A DNA stretch of 64,000 nucleotides from an uncultured Gammaproteobacteria bacterium (GTDB taxonomy: Bacteria; Pseudomonadota; Gammaproteobacteria; GCA-001735895): NCBI GenBank assembly GCA_963768295.1, contig CAVYHN010000032.1, positions 246 through 64,245 of the forward strand. Reading direction: 5' to 3'. How positions within the stretch are numbered: position 1 is the first letter of the stretch; each line of letters starts with the position of its first letter. This document shows positions 47,106-57,006 of the stretch, piece after piece. Both the position numbers and the translations under genes were made by a program. The notes below the pieces were generated by a model that was not told where the DNA came from, did not search any database, and saw only the letters and a program-made list of their open reading frames with translations.

Positions 47106-48368
47106 CTAGACCGAGTCGGGAATCGACAAATCGGTAAATTCGGAGACCATGGTCTGGTTGCGACCATTGTTCTTGGCTTCGTAGAGCGCGATGTCAGCGC
47201 GTTTGATCAGTTCGCCGATGGTTTCTCCCTTGACGATGGCCGCACAGCCGAGGCTCGCGGTTATCTGGCCGACGGTTTCAAAATCGGTGCCGCCAACCAG
47301 TTGCCTGATGGTTTCGGCAATCGGCAACAAATCGTCTTCCTCGATCGTGGTGCAGCAAATCAGGAACTCCTCGCCGCCCCAGCGTGCAATGAAGTCGCTG
47401 GTGCGAATCGCGTTTTCAAAGATTAACGCCAGTTTTTTAAGCACGACATCGCCGGTATCGTGGCCGAAATTGTCATTCACGCGCTTGAAGTGATCGATAT
47501 CGAGCATGATGATGCCAAAGCGCTGGTTGTGCCGCTCGAAGCGCGAGTATTCCTTGTGCAGAATCTGGTTCATGTGGGTGCGGTTGGACAGCCCGGTCAG
47601 GCTGTCGGTCAGGGCCATGCGCGTCAATTCGTTTTTGTCTTGAAGCAATTCCTTTTGCGTGTCGAGCAGCGACTCGGTGCGTTCGTAAATCTTTTGCTCC
47701 AGGTAGGTATTCATATCCTGTAACTGGCCGGAAAGCTTGCGCCCGTACCCGATTGCGACAACGGTAACGGTCAGGCTGACCAACACGGCGATCACCGAAA
47801 ATATGGCAATCCGGGTGCGGCTCATCTCGGCGTCGCTGCTGGATAGCAGCAGGGCTTTTTGCACATCCATGCGCTGCGCCTGGGTCAGCTCGGACAGGTG
47901 TGACAGCAGCGGGGCGGTCTTGGGCAACACTTCCTGCAGCAAAACTTTACTGGCTTCATCGCGGCTGCCGTTCAGGAACAGCACCGAGACCTGGCGGTTC
48001 AAATCGTTGATATCGCGGTCGAGACGATCGATCGCCTGCATGATTTCGCGTTCACGCGGCGCCAGCATCGGCGTCAGGCGGTCTCGGGTTTCCCTATAAG
48101 CGCCGCTCAAGCGGTTGAAACTGGGCCAGGATTCGTCTTCGATGAACTGTTCGTCATGCAGCAGCATGGATTGCATGAAACGGGTGCGACTCTGGATGAT
48201 GGTCGACAGTTCGTTGATCAGGTTCATCTTATCGAGCTGCCTGGCGACCTCGATATTGGCGTCGCGATTGCCAACGCTGCTCGAATGAAAAGCGATAAAT
48301 GCCAGCGCTATCATCATCAGGATAACGATGGCGAATCCGTAGGTCAAAAGACGAGTGGGGTGATGCAT
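47106..48368 (-). CDS. Membrane-bound diguanylate cyclase (periplasmic helical sensor plus GGDEF)
   Basis: Two TM segments; TDSLTGL, DIDHFK, RTSD I-site and GGEEF active site. Confidence 0.93.
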   Translation of the reverse strand: MHHPTRLLTYGFAIVILMMIALAFIAFHSSSVGNRDANIEVARQLDKMNLINELSTIIQSRTRFMQSMLLHDEQFIEDESWPSFNRLSGAYRETRDRLTPMLAPREREIMQAIDRLDRDINDLNRQVSVLFLNGSRDEASKVLLQEVLPKTAPLLSHLSELTQAQRMDVQKALLLSSSDAEMSRTRIAIFSVIAVLVSLTVTVVAIGYGRKLSGQLQDMNTYLEQKIYERTESLLDTQKELLQDKNELTRMALTDSLTGLSNRTHMNQILHKEYSRFERHNQRFGIIMLDIDHFKRVNDNFGHDTGDVVLKKLALIFENAIRTSDFIARWGGEEFLICCTTIEEDDLLPIAETIRQLVGGTDFETVGQITASLGCAAIVKGETIGELIKRADIALYEAKNNGRNQTMVSEFTDLSIPDSV

Positions 48369-48429
48369 TAGCTGGAATTTAGCCTTGAAACGGGAAGCTC
48401 CCTGTTGCTGCAGCCTGACATTAGACTGA

Positions 48430-50703
48430 TTATAGGATAGAAGCGCAAATTTTCTGCTGAACGTCGTCGATATTACGATAAACGACCCCGTGCTGATCGC
48501 TGTCGAGCAGGGTTACGGTCTTGTTTTTCGCCGTAATCAGCTTTTCCAGGGTTTTTACGCTTTCCGGATTGACGACGGGGTCCTTATCTCCCTGGAAAAG
48601 ATGGACATCTGCGTTGATCGTGAGGCTATTTCCGATTAAGTGGTCGATAAATCGCTGCAATTGGTAGAGCGCCCGAATCGGGATATGCTGGTAATTGACT
48701 TGCGGATTCTCGGGTTCGTTGGGCCGAAACGGCACCAGGCCTTCCGAGGTCACCCAGCTCACCAGCCGATTGGCGTGATGCAGCAGCGGCAAGAATATCA
48801 TGTTCTTGTTACGAAAATGAACCGGCGCCGAGACGCTGATAACCGATTTTATCCGGCGGTTGGGATAATTCGCAGCATGGTTCAGTGCCAGCAGCCCGCC
48901 GGTGGAAAAGCCGATGATATGCACCGACTGGCTGTATGCCTTGATGATTTCGTAACCGCGCTCTACCGAAGCCGCCCAGTCATGCCAGCTGCGGTTGCGC
49001 AAATCCCAGGGCGATGTGCCATGGCCTTTCAGGCGCACCCCGAGCACATGAAAACCGGCCGCGTGCAGGCGCTCGCCCAGGCTTCTCAACTCTGCCGGAC
49101 CCGACAGAAAACCGTGAATCAACAGTACCGCGCTGGCGGATTTTTGCTTCGATTTGAGGAAGTACCAGTTGGCGTCGGCGGTCTGCGTCTGCTGCGCATT
49201 GATTTCCCGGTAACGTTCGCGCTGAAATTTGTTGTAGTCCCATTCGTAAGCGAGTAGCTGGTCGTTAAAGCGGTAATCGGCCAGCGCGCGCGCGTCCACC
49301 TTGTCGATGCGCGCCATCGCATTTTCGATGATGCGGGTAACCTTCCCCAGTGGGCTTATTTCATTGGCGTAAACGCTGATTAAATTTTCGGTGCGAACGT
49401 CGTCGATCTCGAAATCATGGATCAGCTTCTGGTCGAGCACATACTCGCCCTGGTCGATGTGTAACAGCTGCATTTTTTGCGCGGTTTTCAGGAATTGCTC
49501 GAGCCGGCTACTGCCCTTGTTGATGATCGCGCCATACTCTTCCGGGTTGCACAGGCTGCGGTGCAGATCGTAGCTGGACTGCTGCAACAGCTTGATACTG
49601 AGATACAGCATTTTGTGCAAGCGGGCGCAGCTAATACGTCGCAGGTCTTTTTGGTACAGCCGCAACACGATCAGCGAAGCGATATGACTGAGATTGATGG
49701 TGACCGCCTCGTACATCGAGCGCATGTAGGCGTCCCGCAGCCTGGTCGACTTCGCCTGCATGCCGATGGCGTGAATGCGACCGCCCCAGTGCCCCGGTTC
49801 GGGCTTGAGCGCGAACAGTTCGTTCAGGCTTTCGAAGCGATGCACCACGTTCGGCAATAGCCTCTTTTCCCACCAGCGCCAGTAGTCTCCGGCGATTATC
49901 GGCCGAGAAAACCGGATATCCATATCGGTTTCCTTGAACAACAGGTTGCCTTCGATGATCAGTTCCTCGGCAAAGCGCTTGTTGATGCCCCGGTTGAACA
50001 GGCGCGCGGCCTGGTGCAGGATGTTGTCGCTGACGCGGATCGGATAAAAAGTAATGTGGCTGGGCACGATGACTGTGGGTTTGACAGCCTGCGTCATCAA
50101 ATGCTCGACATTGTCGAAATCCAGTTGCTCGGCCCAGCGTTCCACGCGCTCGTATTTACCCGCCGCGTAGTCGTGCAGTAACGCGGTTTTGAATGCATCC
50201 AGCGCCAACGCGATGACGGCCGAACCGCGGTGATGCTTGCGGCGTTCGTTGGCGGTCCGGGAAAAGATGTTGTATTCCCCGCGGTGATCGATTACGCGCT
50301 TGTCCTTGACCATGCCGCCCTCGGGAAAAACGATCAACTTGCGGCCGTGTAACAGTTCCCGCGCCAGGAACGGAAACAGGTTGGGCAAGTCATTGGGCAC
50401 GACACCGATCGAGTACAGGAACTGGCTGAAACGCTCGTCGCCTTCAAAAAATTCGGGCGCCGCCACCGAGCGACAGTAGGCACCGGTTGCCTCCTTGATC
50501 AGGTACTGCGGGATAAAGGTTTCGAAGCGCGCAAAATGATTAAACAGGAAGATATTGCCCTGCTGCACGGTATCGTTATTGCTGGCGTCGTCCTGGTGCA
50601 GCTTGATGTTGAGTTTGAGCAGTTTTTTGGTGGTGCGAAACGCCTTGACGCAAAAGTCATAGACTCTGGTATTGATTAGTGGATTTTCGGGGTCGGCGGA
50701 CAT
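48430..50703 (-). CDS. Fusion of a PlsC/PlsB-like acyltransferase domain and an alpha/beta-hydrolase (carboxylesterase) domain
   Basis: NHFARFE (HX4D-like) and VFPEGG at the N-terminus; IHGFLSGP, GFSTGG, GDKDPVV and QHG at the C-terminus. Confidence 0.75.
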   Translation of the reverse strand: MSADPENPLINTRVYDFCVKAFRTTKKLLKLNIKLHQDDASNNDTVQQGNIFLFNHFARFETFIPQYLIKEATGAYCRSVAAPEFFEGDERFSQFLYSIGVVPNDLPNLFPFLARELLHGRKLIVFPEGGMVKDKRVIDHRGEYNIFSRTANERRKHHRGSAVIALALDAFKTALLHDYAAGKYERVERWAEQLDFDNVEHLMTQAVKPTVIVPSHITFYPIRVSDNILHQAARLFNRGINKRFAEELIIEGNLLFKETDMDIRFSRPIIAGDYWRWWEKRLLPNVVHRFESLNELFALKPEPGHWGGRIHAIGMQAKSTRLRDAYMRSMYEAVTINLSHIASLIVLRLYQKDLRRISCARLHKMLYLSIKLLQQSSYDLHRSLCNPEEYGAIINKGSSRLEQFLKTAQKMQLLHIDQGEYVLDQKLIHDFEIDDVRTENLISVYANEISPLGKVTRIIENAMARIDKVDARALADYRFNDQLLAYEWDYNKFQRERYREINAQQTQTADANWYFLKSKQKSASAVLLIHGFLSGPAELRSLGERLHAAGFHVLGVRLKGHGTSPWDLRNRSWHDWAASVERGYEIIKAYSQSVHIIGFSTGGLLALNHAANYPNRRIKSVISVSAPVHFRNKNMIFLPLLHHANRLVSWVTSEGLVPFRPNEPENPQVNYQHIPIRALYQLQRFIDHLIGNSLTINADVHLFQGDKDPVVNPESVKTLEKLITAKNKTVTLLDSDQHGVVYRNIDDVQQKICASIL

Positions 50704-50774
50704 TTACCGGCTTCCTTTGACTGCCTTGGCTTGGGGGGATTGTAAGGCCATATTGAATAAGGCTCTATTAATTG

Positions 50775-50801
50775 TTCAGAAGTTCCGGTTGCGGCCGATA
50801 A
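50775..50801 (+). promoter_or_regulatory. Putative sigma28 promoter upstream of the vWA gene
   Basis: Perfect -10 GCCGATAA (50794-50801) with a degenerate -35 TTCAG at canonical distance. Confidence 0.5.
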
Positions 50802-50805
50802 AGCC

Positions 50806-52579
50806 GTGGTAAATAACGGTTTTTTCATACCAATGCTTCGATATACCTGTCTCCAGCTACTATTGATCCCGGCGTTGTTGCAGGCGCCTGTCCTGGCCGC
50901 CGCTCCTGCTTACGATTTTCGGGTTGTGATTGACGTTTCCGGCAGTATGAAAGAAACCGATCCGCAGAATCTACGCGTACCGGCGTTGAAACTGATCAAT
51001 GGACTGATTCCGAGCGGATCGCGCGCCGGTGTCTGGACTTTCGGCAAATACGTCGACATGGCCGTCAAATGGGGCAAAGTCAACGATAGCTGGCGCAGCC
51101 AGGCCGATCTCGGCGCCGAGAAAATTCATTCCAACGCGCTGCTGACTAATATTGAAAGCGCCCTGGCGCGCGCGCGCGTTGGCTGGGACCGGGCCGACGG
51201 CAAGACCAGGCGCATCTTGCTACTGCTGACCGATGGCAAGGTCGACGTTTCCAGAGACCCGGCTCAAAAATGAAAAATCCCGTAACAAGGTGCTCGGTGA
51301 AAGCCTGGCCGCACTCAAGCAAGCCGGCGCCGAAGTTCATGCCATCGCCCTGTCGGACGGTACCGACGAGGTGCTGCTGAAACAGCTGGCGCTCGAAACC
51401 GGCGGCTCGTTTGCGATCGCAAAAACCGCCGCCGAGCTGCAAAAGGTTTTTTACAGGATGTTCGAGCGCGCCAGCAAACCCGATACGGTTGCGCTCACCG
51501 GCAAGGAATTTCCAATAGACGCCAGTATCCGCGAAATGACCCTGTTGATTTTTCGCAGCGCCGACAGTCAGCCAACCATCCTGATTCCACCGGACAGTCC
51601 CGCAATCAGCGCGCAGAAACCCCGCGCTTCGCGCTGGCGCAGCGATCAGGGCTACGATTTGATTACGGTCAGAAACCCGCAGGCCGGGACCTGGCGTATC
51701 GTTGCGGAGATGGATCCCGACAATCGGCTGATGGTGGTTACGGATTTAAAGCTCGAGGTTGGAGGCGTGCCGGCCTATAGCAGTCCGCGGGATACGCACA
51801 GGCTGACCGCTGAATTGTTCAACCGCGACAGGAAAATCAGCAAGAACAGTTTTCTGCGCTTCGTCGATTTCGAGCTTACCCATATCGATACCGATGGCAG
51901 CGAGAAAAAGTATCCGCTGGCACACAGCAGCGAACGTAAGGATAAGGGGCAGTACCTTTACCTGCTCGAACAAAATCTGGCTGAGGGAACGCATAGTTTT
52001 ATCGTTTCCGCAGATAGCCGTACTTTTAACCGCAGCAAGCGCTTCGACATGCAGGTGCAGTGGCCGATTGAAGTCAAAATAGAGCCACAGCAGCAGGCCG
52101 GCGTGTACCAGCTGAAACTGCGCGCGCGCGAAGAATACCTGAAACCGGACGGCATGGTCGCCAACGTCGATGTCGAGGCGCCCGATGGCTCGCGCGACAG
52201 CGTCGAACTGGAAAATTCAGAAGGCTGGTTGCAAACCCGCGTCGAAACCAGCCAGGCCGGCCTGTACCGCGCGCACATCCGGGTTTCGGCGCAGAACCAT
52301 GCCAGCGAAATATACGATATCGATCTGGGTAGTTTTTCGATGCTGGGCGTGTATCGGCAGCCGCCTGTCGCCGAGGGCATCGTCCCCGCGGCGGAGCCGA
52401 CCGCAGCGGTCGCCCCGAATGCGGATACAGGCAAGGGCACCGACTGGCGCCTGGTCGGCATCGTCGTGGTTGGCGTAAACGTATTCCTGATGTTGTTGAT
52501 TTTCGGCGGCTGGTGGATCTTGCGCCGCAGGAAGGCCGCCGACGAGTTGATTATCGAAGACGAGGAGCTCAGTGCTTGA
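50806..52579 (+). pseudogene. Exported vWA-domain protein with C-terminal TM anchor, split by one +1 frameshift (probably assembly error)
   Basis: MIDAS motif IDVSGS, LLTDGKVD. Removing one A from the A-run at ~51266-51270 gives DPAQNEKSRNKVL. C-terminal TM then RRRK. Confidence 0.8.
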
Positions 52580-53177
52580 AGTCAATGCCATATACTTCAT
52601 CCTGCTGGTTGAGGCCTTCGGCGTACTGCTGATCCTGATCCTGCTGTGGATATTGATTGCCGTTTTCAGAATACGCCGCAAGGGCAAAGCGATCAGGGAT
52701 CTTGCGGCTCGATTAAAGCAGCGGACGCAGCAGCGCGGTGAACAAACCGAAGCCTTCCTGCAGGCGGTTTACCATCTCGAAGATCAGGACTTACGCGACG
52801 CGTTGCAGGATATCGATAAACATGAAAACGACTTCATCCTGCTGTTAGTCGCTAGTCTGCATCGAGGGAAATCTGTGCATCTCGGTTCGCTCGACGCTGC
52901 ATTGGACAAGTTGATCGAATCCTATAAGTGCCTGCAGCCTCGCGTCGAGGAAGCTAAACCGGAAGCACAGGAAAAGCTGCAGGAAATCAGTATGCTGCGC
53001 GACGAAAATGATGAATTGCGCAGCGAGCTGTCGGTTGCGAAAAACAATTTAAGCGATACGATCGCCGAGTTCGGCAACATGTTCGGCGGCGGCAAGGATC
53101 ACGAACTCGACCTGCATGAAATCAAGAAGAAGCTGGCGGCGATGCAGGCCAGTAGCGAACTCGATATCAATCTCTAG
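52572..53177 (+). CDS. Hypothetical protein: N-terminal TM segment plus coiled coil
   Basis: Hydrophobic N-terminus and heptad-rich C-terminus; start overlaps the vWA gene stop. Confidence 0.7.
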   Translation: MLEVNAIYFILLVEAFGVLLILILLWILIAVFRIRRKGKAIRDLAARLKQRTQQRGEQTEAFLQAVYHLEDQDLRDALQDIDKHENDFILLLVASLHRGKSVHLGSLDAALDKLIESYKCLQPRVEEAKPEAQEKLQEISMLRDENDELRSELSVAKNNLSDTIAEFGNMFGGGKDHELDLHEIKKKLAAMQASSELDINL

Positions 53178-53179
53178 CC

Positions 53180-53755
53180 TCAGAAATAATCCGGCTCGTT
53201 GCCGGCGCGCCACTTGATATTACAACCGACGCTCGGAATCTGATCACCGGTTATTGCTTTGCCCGCGAACAGCGCATCGACCGCGGCGCGCAAGTCACTG
53301 CCGTCGACCGGAGCCTGGTTGCCCGGCCTGGAGCCATCGTACTGGCCGCGATAAACCAGCTGATGCGCGCTATCGAACAAAAAGAAATCCGGGGTACAGG
53401 CGGCGCGATAGGCGCGCGCGACACGCTGTGATTCATCGTAAAGATAAGGGAACTCGAAGCCATAGGACTGCGCCAGCTGCGCCATCTTCTCCGGACCGTC
53501 GGCGGGATAACCGGCGACATCGTTGGCGCTGATCATGACGACTGCAAGTCCCGGGCGCTGTTTTTCGTTGGCAAAACCGGTCAGGGACTCGAGGATGTGC
53601 AGCACGTAAGGGCAATGGTTGCAGGAGAAAACCACGAGCAGGGGCTTGCCGGCATAATCCGCCAGGCTCACGCTATTGCCGCTGGCCGGGTCGGGCAGTG
53701 AGAAATCCGGGGCCTGGGTACCGATACCGAGCATCGTCGAAGGGGTTTCCGCCAT
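53180..53755 (-). CDS. Thioredoxin-family (AhpC/TSA-like) protein
   Basis: APDFSLP, SCNHCPYV, YRAACTPDFF, PSVGCNIKW. Confidence 0.9.
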   Translation of the reverse strand: MAETPSTMLGIGTQAPDFSLPDPASGNSVSLADYAGKPLLVVFSCNHCPYVLHILESLTGFANEKQRPGLAVVMISANDVAGYPADGPEKMAQLAQSYGFEFPYLYDESQRVARAYRAACTPDFFLFDSAHQLVYRGQYDGSRPGNQAPVDGSDLRAAVDALFAGKAITGDQIPSVGCNIKWRAGNEPDYF

Positions 53756-53893
53756 TTTTATATTCGCTCAATCTGTGTGGACGGCCGATTATAACCCGAT
53801 TGCCGGGTTGCGGTTAAGCCACAGCCGCATCCTGCGGGACGATTGGCGAAGACCTGTACGCTGTATGCGCGATAAAACCGACAGTCTGACCGG

Positions 53894-55222
53894 TTACAGG
53901 CTTTCGAAGCTGCGGTTAATCGCGGCTTCGAAGACCGGTACGTCTTCCATTTGCGTGCACAGCGGCGGGCAGATACGCAACACGTTGCGATAGGCGCCCG
54001 ACTTGCTCGCCACCAGCCCGTTGGCGCGCGTATTCTCGAACAGGCGCGCCATGGTTTCCGGGTCGGGTTGCTTGCTGTCGCGATCCTTGACCAGCTCCAG
54101 CGCCATCATCATGCCGCGCCCGCGCACGTCGCCGATGACCTCATGCCGGGTTTGCAGATCCCGCAGTACGTCGAGCAGGGCCGCGCCGACCTGGCGCGCG
54201 CGCTGCTGCAGCTCGTGTTTTTCGATCACGTGCAGCACCGCGCGACCGGCGGCGCAGCTTACCGGGTTGGCGCCATAGGTGTGGAAATAAAACTTTTGCG
54301 CCATCGCCTCGGCGATTTCACGCTTGACGATCAGCGCCGCCAGCGGAAATCCGTTGCCGATGCCCTTGGCTGCAACGACGATATCGGGCACCACATCGTG
54401 CTGCTGAAACGACCAGAAACTGTCGCCGGTGCGCGCCATACCCGCCTGCACTTCGTCGATGATGAGCAGGCCACCGGCGGCCTTGACGCGTTCCTGGGCG
54501 CCGCTGATGTAGCCTTCGGGCATGGGTACGATGCCGCCGTAGCCCTGCACCGGTTCGATGAACATGCCGGCCAGCTGGCCGCAGGTGCCGTAATGAATCG
54601 TGCCTTCGAGATCGCTCAGGTAGGGCTCGACCCCTGCGCCATGAATGCCGCGGTACTGGTCCGGCACCGGCGCGAACTGCACGCCGCCGAGCTGCGGCAC
54701 GTTGTGGCGAAAGCCGCTGATACCGGTGACCGACTGCGCGCCGAAGGTGGCGCCATGATAAGCGTTGGTCAGCGAAACGATATCGATGTTGCCGGTATAG
54801 CTGCGCGCCAGCAGAATCGCCATGTCGATCGCCTCGGCGCCGCTGTTCATCAGGTGCACGGTCCAGTCTTCGCCGGCCGGCATGGTGCGCGTCAACTCTT
54901 CGGCAAAATGCGCCGGCACCGGGTGAAAAAACATCGTCGTGCAGTGCTGTAGCGTTTGCGCCTGCTTGACCACTTCACGCGTAACCACGGGATTGTTGTA
55001 ACCGATGCTGATGGTCAGGTTCTGACTCAGGCAATCGAGGTACTGGTTGCCTTTTTCGTCCCACAGGTAATTGTCCTGACCGCGGCTGAATATCAGCGGT
55101 TTCTGGTAGGGCACGAAGGCGCGTTGCGAGGCCGCGTAATAGGTATTGCGCCGCGCGACGATGGCGTCGCTGTCCCAGTCGATTTCGAATTCATGCTGGT
55201 CGTGGTCGAATTGTGAAGTCAT
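53894..55222 (-). CDS. Class III PLP aminotransferase (AGXT2-like); start set at MTSQF
   Basis: NSGAEA, YHG, IEPVQGYGG, LIIDEVQAG, AKGIGNG; GGAG precedes the chosen start. Confidence 0.9.
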   Translation of the reverse strand: MTSQFDHDQHEFEIDWDSDAIVARRNTYYAASQRAFVPYQKPLIFSRGQDNYLWDEKGNQYLDCLSQNLTISIGYNNPVVTREVVKQAQTLQHCTTMFFHPVPAHFAEELTRTMPAGEDWTVHLMNSGAEAIDMAILLARSYTGNIDIVSLTNAYHGATFGAQSVTGISGFRHNVPQLGGVQFAPVPDQYRGIHGAGVEPYLSDLEGTIHYGTCGQLAGMFIEPVQGYGGIVPMPEGYISGAQERVKAAGGLLIIDEVQAGMARTGDSFWSFQQHDVVPDIVVAAKGIGNGFPLAALIVKREIAEAMAQKFYFHTYGANPVSCAAGRAVLHVIEKHELQQRARQVGAALLDVLRDLQTRHEVIGDVRGRGMMMALELVKDRDSKQPDPETMARLFENTRANGLVASKSGAYRNVLRICPPLCTQMEDVPVFEAAINRSFESL

Positions 55223-55406
55223 CGCCATCTCCGCCCTGATATTGTCTGGCCGAACATAGCCGATGCGCGGCTGCGAAACAATCGCCAAAACACGAATCGA
55301 GTCATTCTTATAGGCGTTTATCGATTTTCATTTAGTCGCCGCAGGGTGGTTGTTTCATGCCTGATCTCTGTCAGAATGAACCACGGGTTTAACGACAGGA
55401 ACAACG

Positions 55407-56950
55407 GTGGCAGCTACGCGAGGTAAATCGACAGGCAGGCGCAAGCGCAGGACGCGCGGCCAACCCCGGGCTCGCGGCGACACCACGCCTGCCCTATATC
55501 AGGCGCAACATAGCCACTTACGATATTCTGAGCGAAGAGGGTTTGTGCCTGATCGAGGAAAACGCCGACCGCATACTGCGCGACATCGGCATGGAGTTTC
55601 ATAACGATCCCGAGATTCTCGACTACTTCCGCGAAGCCGGCGCCGATGTCGACGGGGTGCGGGTGCGCTTCGAGCCGGGCATGTGCCGCCGGATCATCCA
55701 GGCGTCGGCGCCACGGCAGTACACCCAGCACGCGCGTAACCCGGACAACAATGTCGAGATCGGCGGTGACAACACCGTGCTGAGCCCGGTTTACGGCCCG
55801 CCCTTCGTGCACGATATCGATCAGGGCCGGCGTTACGCCACGCTCGACGATTTCGTCAAGCTCAACAAGATTCACCAGATGATTCCGCATCTGCATCACT
55901 GCGGCGGCATCGTTTGCGAACCGGTCGACTTGCCGGTCAACAAGCGTCACCTCGACATGATGCTGGCGCACATCACCTACGGTGACCGCGCGCTGTTCGG
56001 CGCCCTGATCGGCAGCGAGCGCGCCGAGGATTCGGTGGCGATGGTCAAGATCCTGTTCGGCGATGAATTCGTCGACCAGAACACCGTGCTCTACGGGGTT
56101 TCCAACACCAATGCGCCGCTGGTAATGGACGACGCCATGTCGGGTTCGCTCAAGGTTTACGCGCGCAATAACCAGGCCGTTGCCTGCACGCCGTGGATGA
56201 TTACCGGCGCGATGAGCCCCTGCACCGAGGCGGGCACGCTGGCGCAACTGCTGGCCGAGGCGCTGGCGACCTGCGCCCTGACGCAATTGATTCGCCCCGG
56301 CGCGCCGTGCCTGATGGGCAGCTTCGCGACCGCGATGTCGATGCAGTCGGGCGCGCCGACTTTCGGCATGCCCGAGGCCGCGCAAGACCGTGCTCGCCGC
56401 CGGCCAGCTGGCGCGTCGGCTCGGCGTGCCGTTTCATACCGTCGGCAGCCTGACTTCGTCCAAGGTTCCCGACAGCCAGGCGCAGCAGGAAGGTAGCATG
56501 AGCCTGATCATGGCGGTGCTGGCCGGCGCCAATTTCATCAACCACGCCACCGGCTGGCTCGAGGGCGGGCTTTGCACCGGCTTCGAAAAAACCATCATCG
56601 ATGCCGACCTATGCGGCAAGTTGATCGAATTCTGCAAGGGCATTGATTTATCTGAAAACGCGCAGGCGATGGAGGCCATCGCCGAGGTCGGTCCCGGCAG
56701 CCATTTTCTGTCCAGCGCGCATACGCTGAATAACTTTGAAACCGCTTACTATCGCTCCAGCATCGGCGATGCGAATTCGTTCGAACAATGGCAAGACGAG
56801 GGCAGCCTGCAGACCGCGCAGCGCGCCAATAAAATCTGGAAACAACTGCTCGACGATTACCAGCAACCGCCGCTCGACCCGGCCATACTCGAAGCCCTGC
56901 AGGACTACGTCGAGCGCCGCAAGTCCGCGATGCCCGACCGCAATTACTAG
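55407..56950 (+). pseudogene. Second MttB-family methyltransferase, split by two +1 frameshifts (~55440-55480 and ~56375-56385)
   Basis: LPYIRR...DILSEEG, GPPFV, SGAPTFGMPE, HATGWLEGGL spread across three frames. Confidence 0.85.
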
Positions 56951-57006
56951 ATGCCGAAACCCATGCTCGCATTTTTATCTGTTACTGACTTTTCTCCGGG
57001 AATTCG

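Noticed and set aside
50806-52579. vWA protein as the CbbO/NorD partner of the ATPase at 38380
   Set aside because: It has a signal peptide, an N-terminal vWA domain and a membrane anchor, whereas CbbO/NorD are cytoplasmic with a C-terminal vWA domain.
55414-56385. Long antisense or alternate-frame ORFs (e.g. 55414-56385, 57738-59315, 53951-54952, 27553-28581, 42796-43710)
   Set aside because: They overlap well-supported genes, have Arg/Ala/Gly-rich composition and lack motifs, as expected for shadow ORFs in GC-rich DNA.
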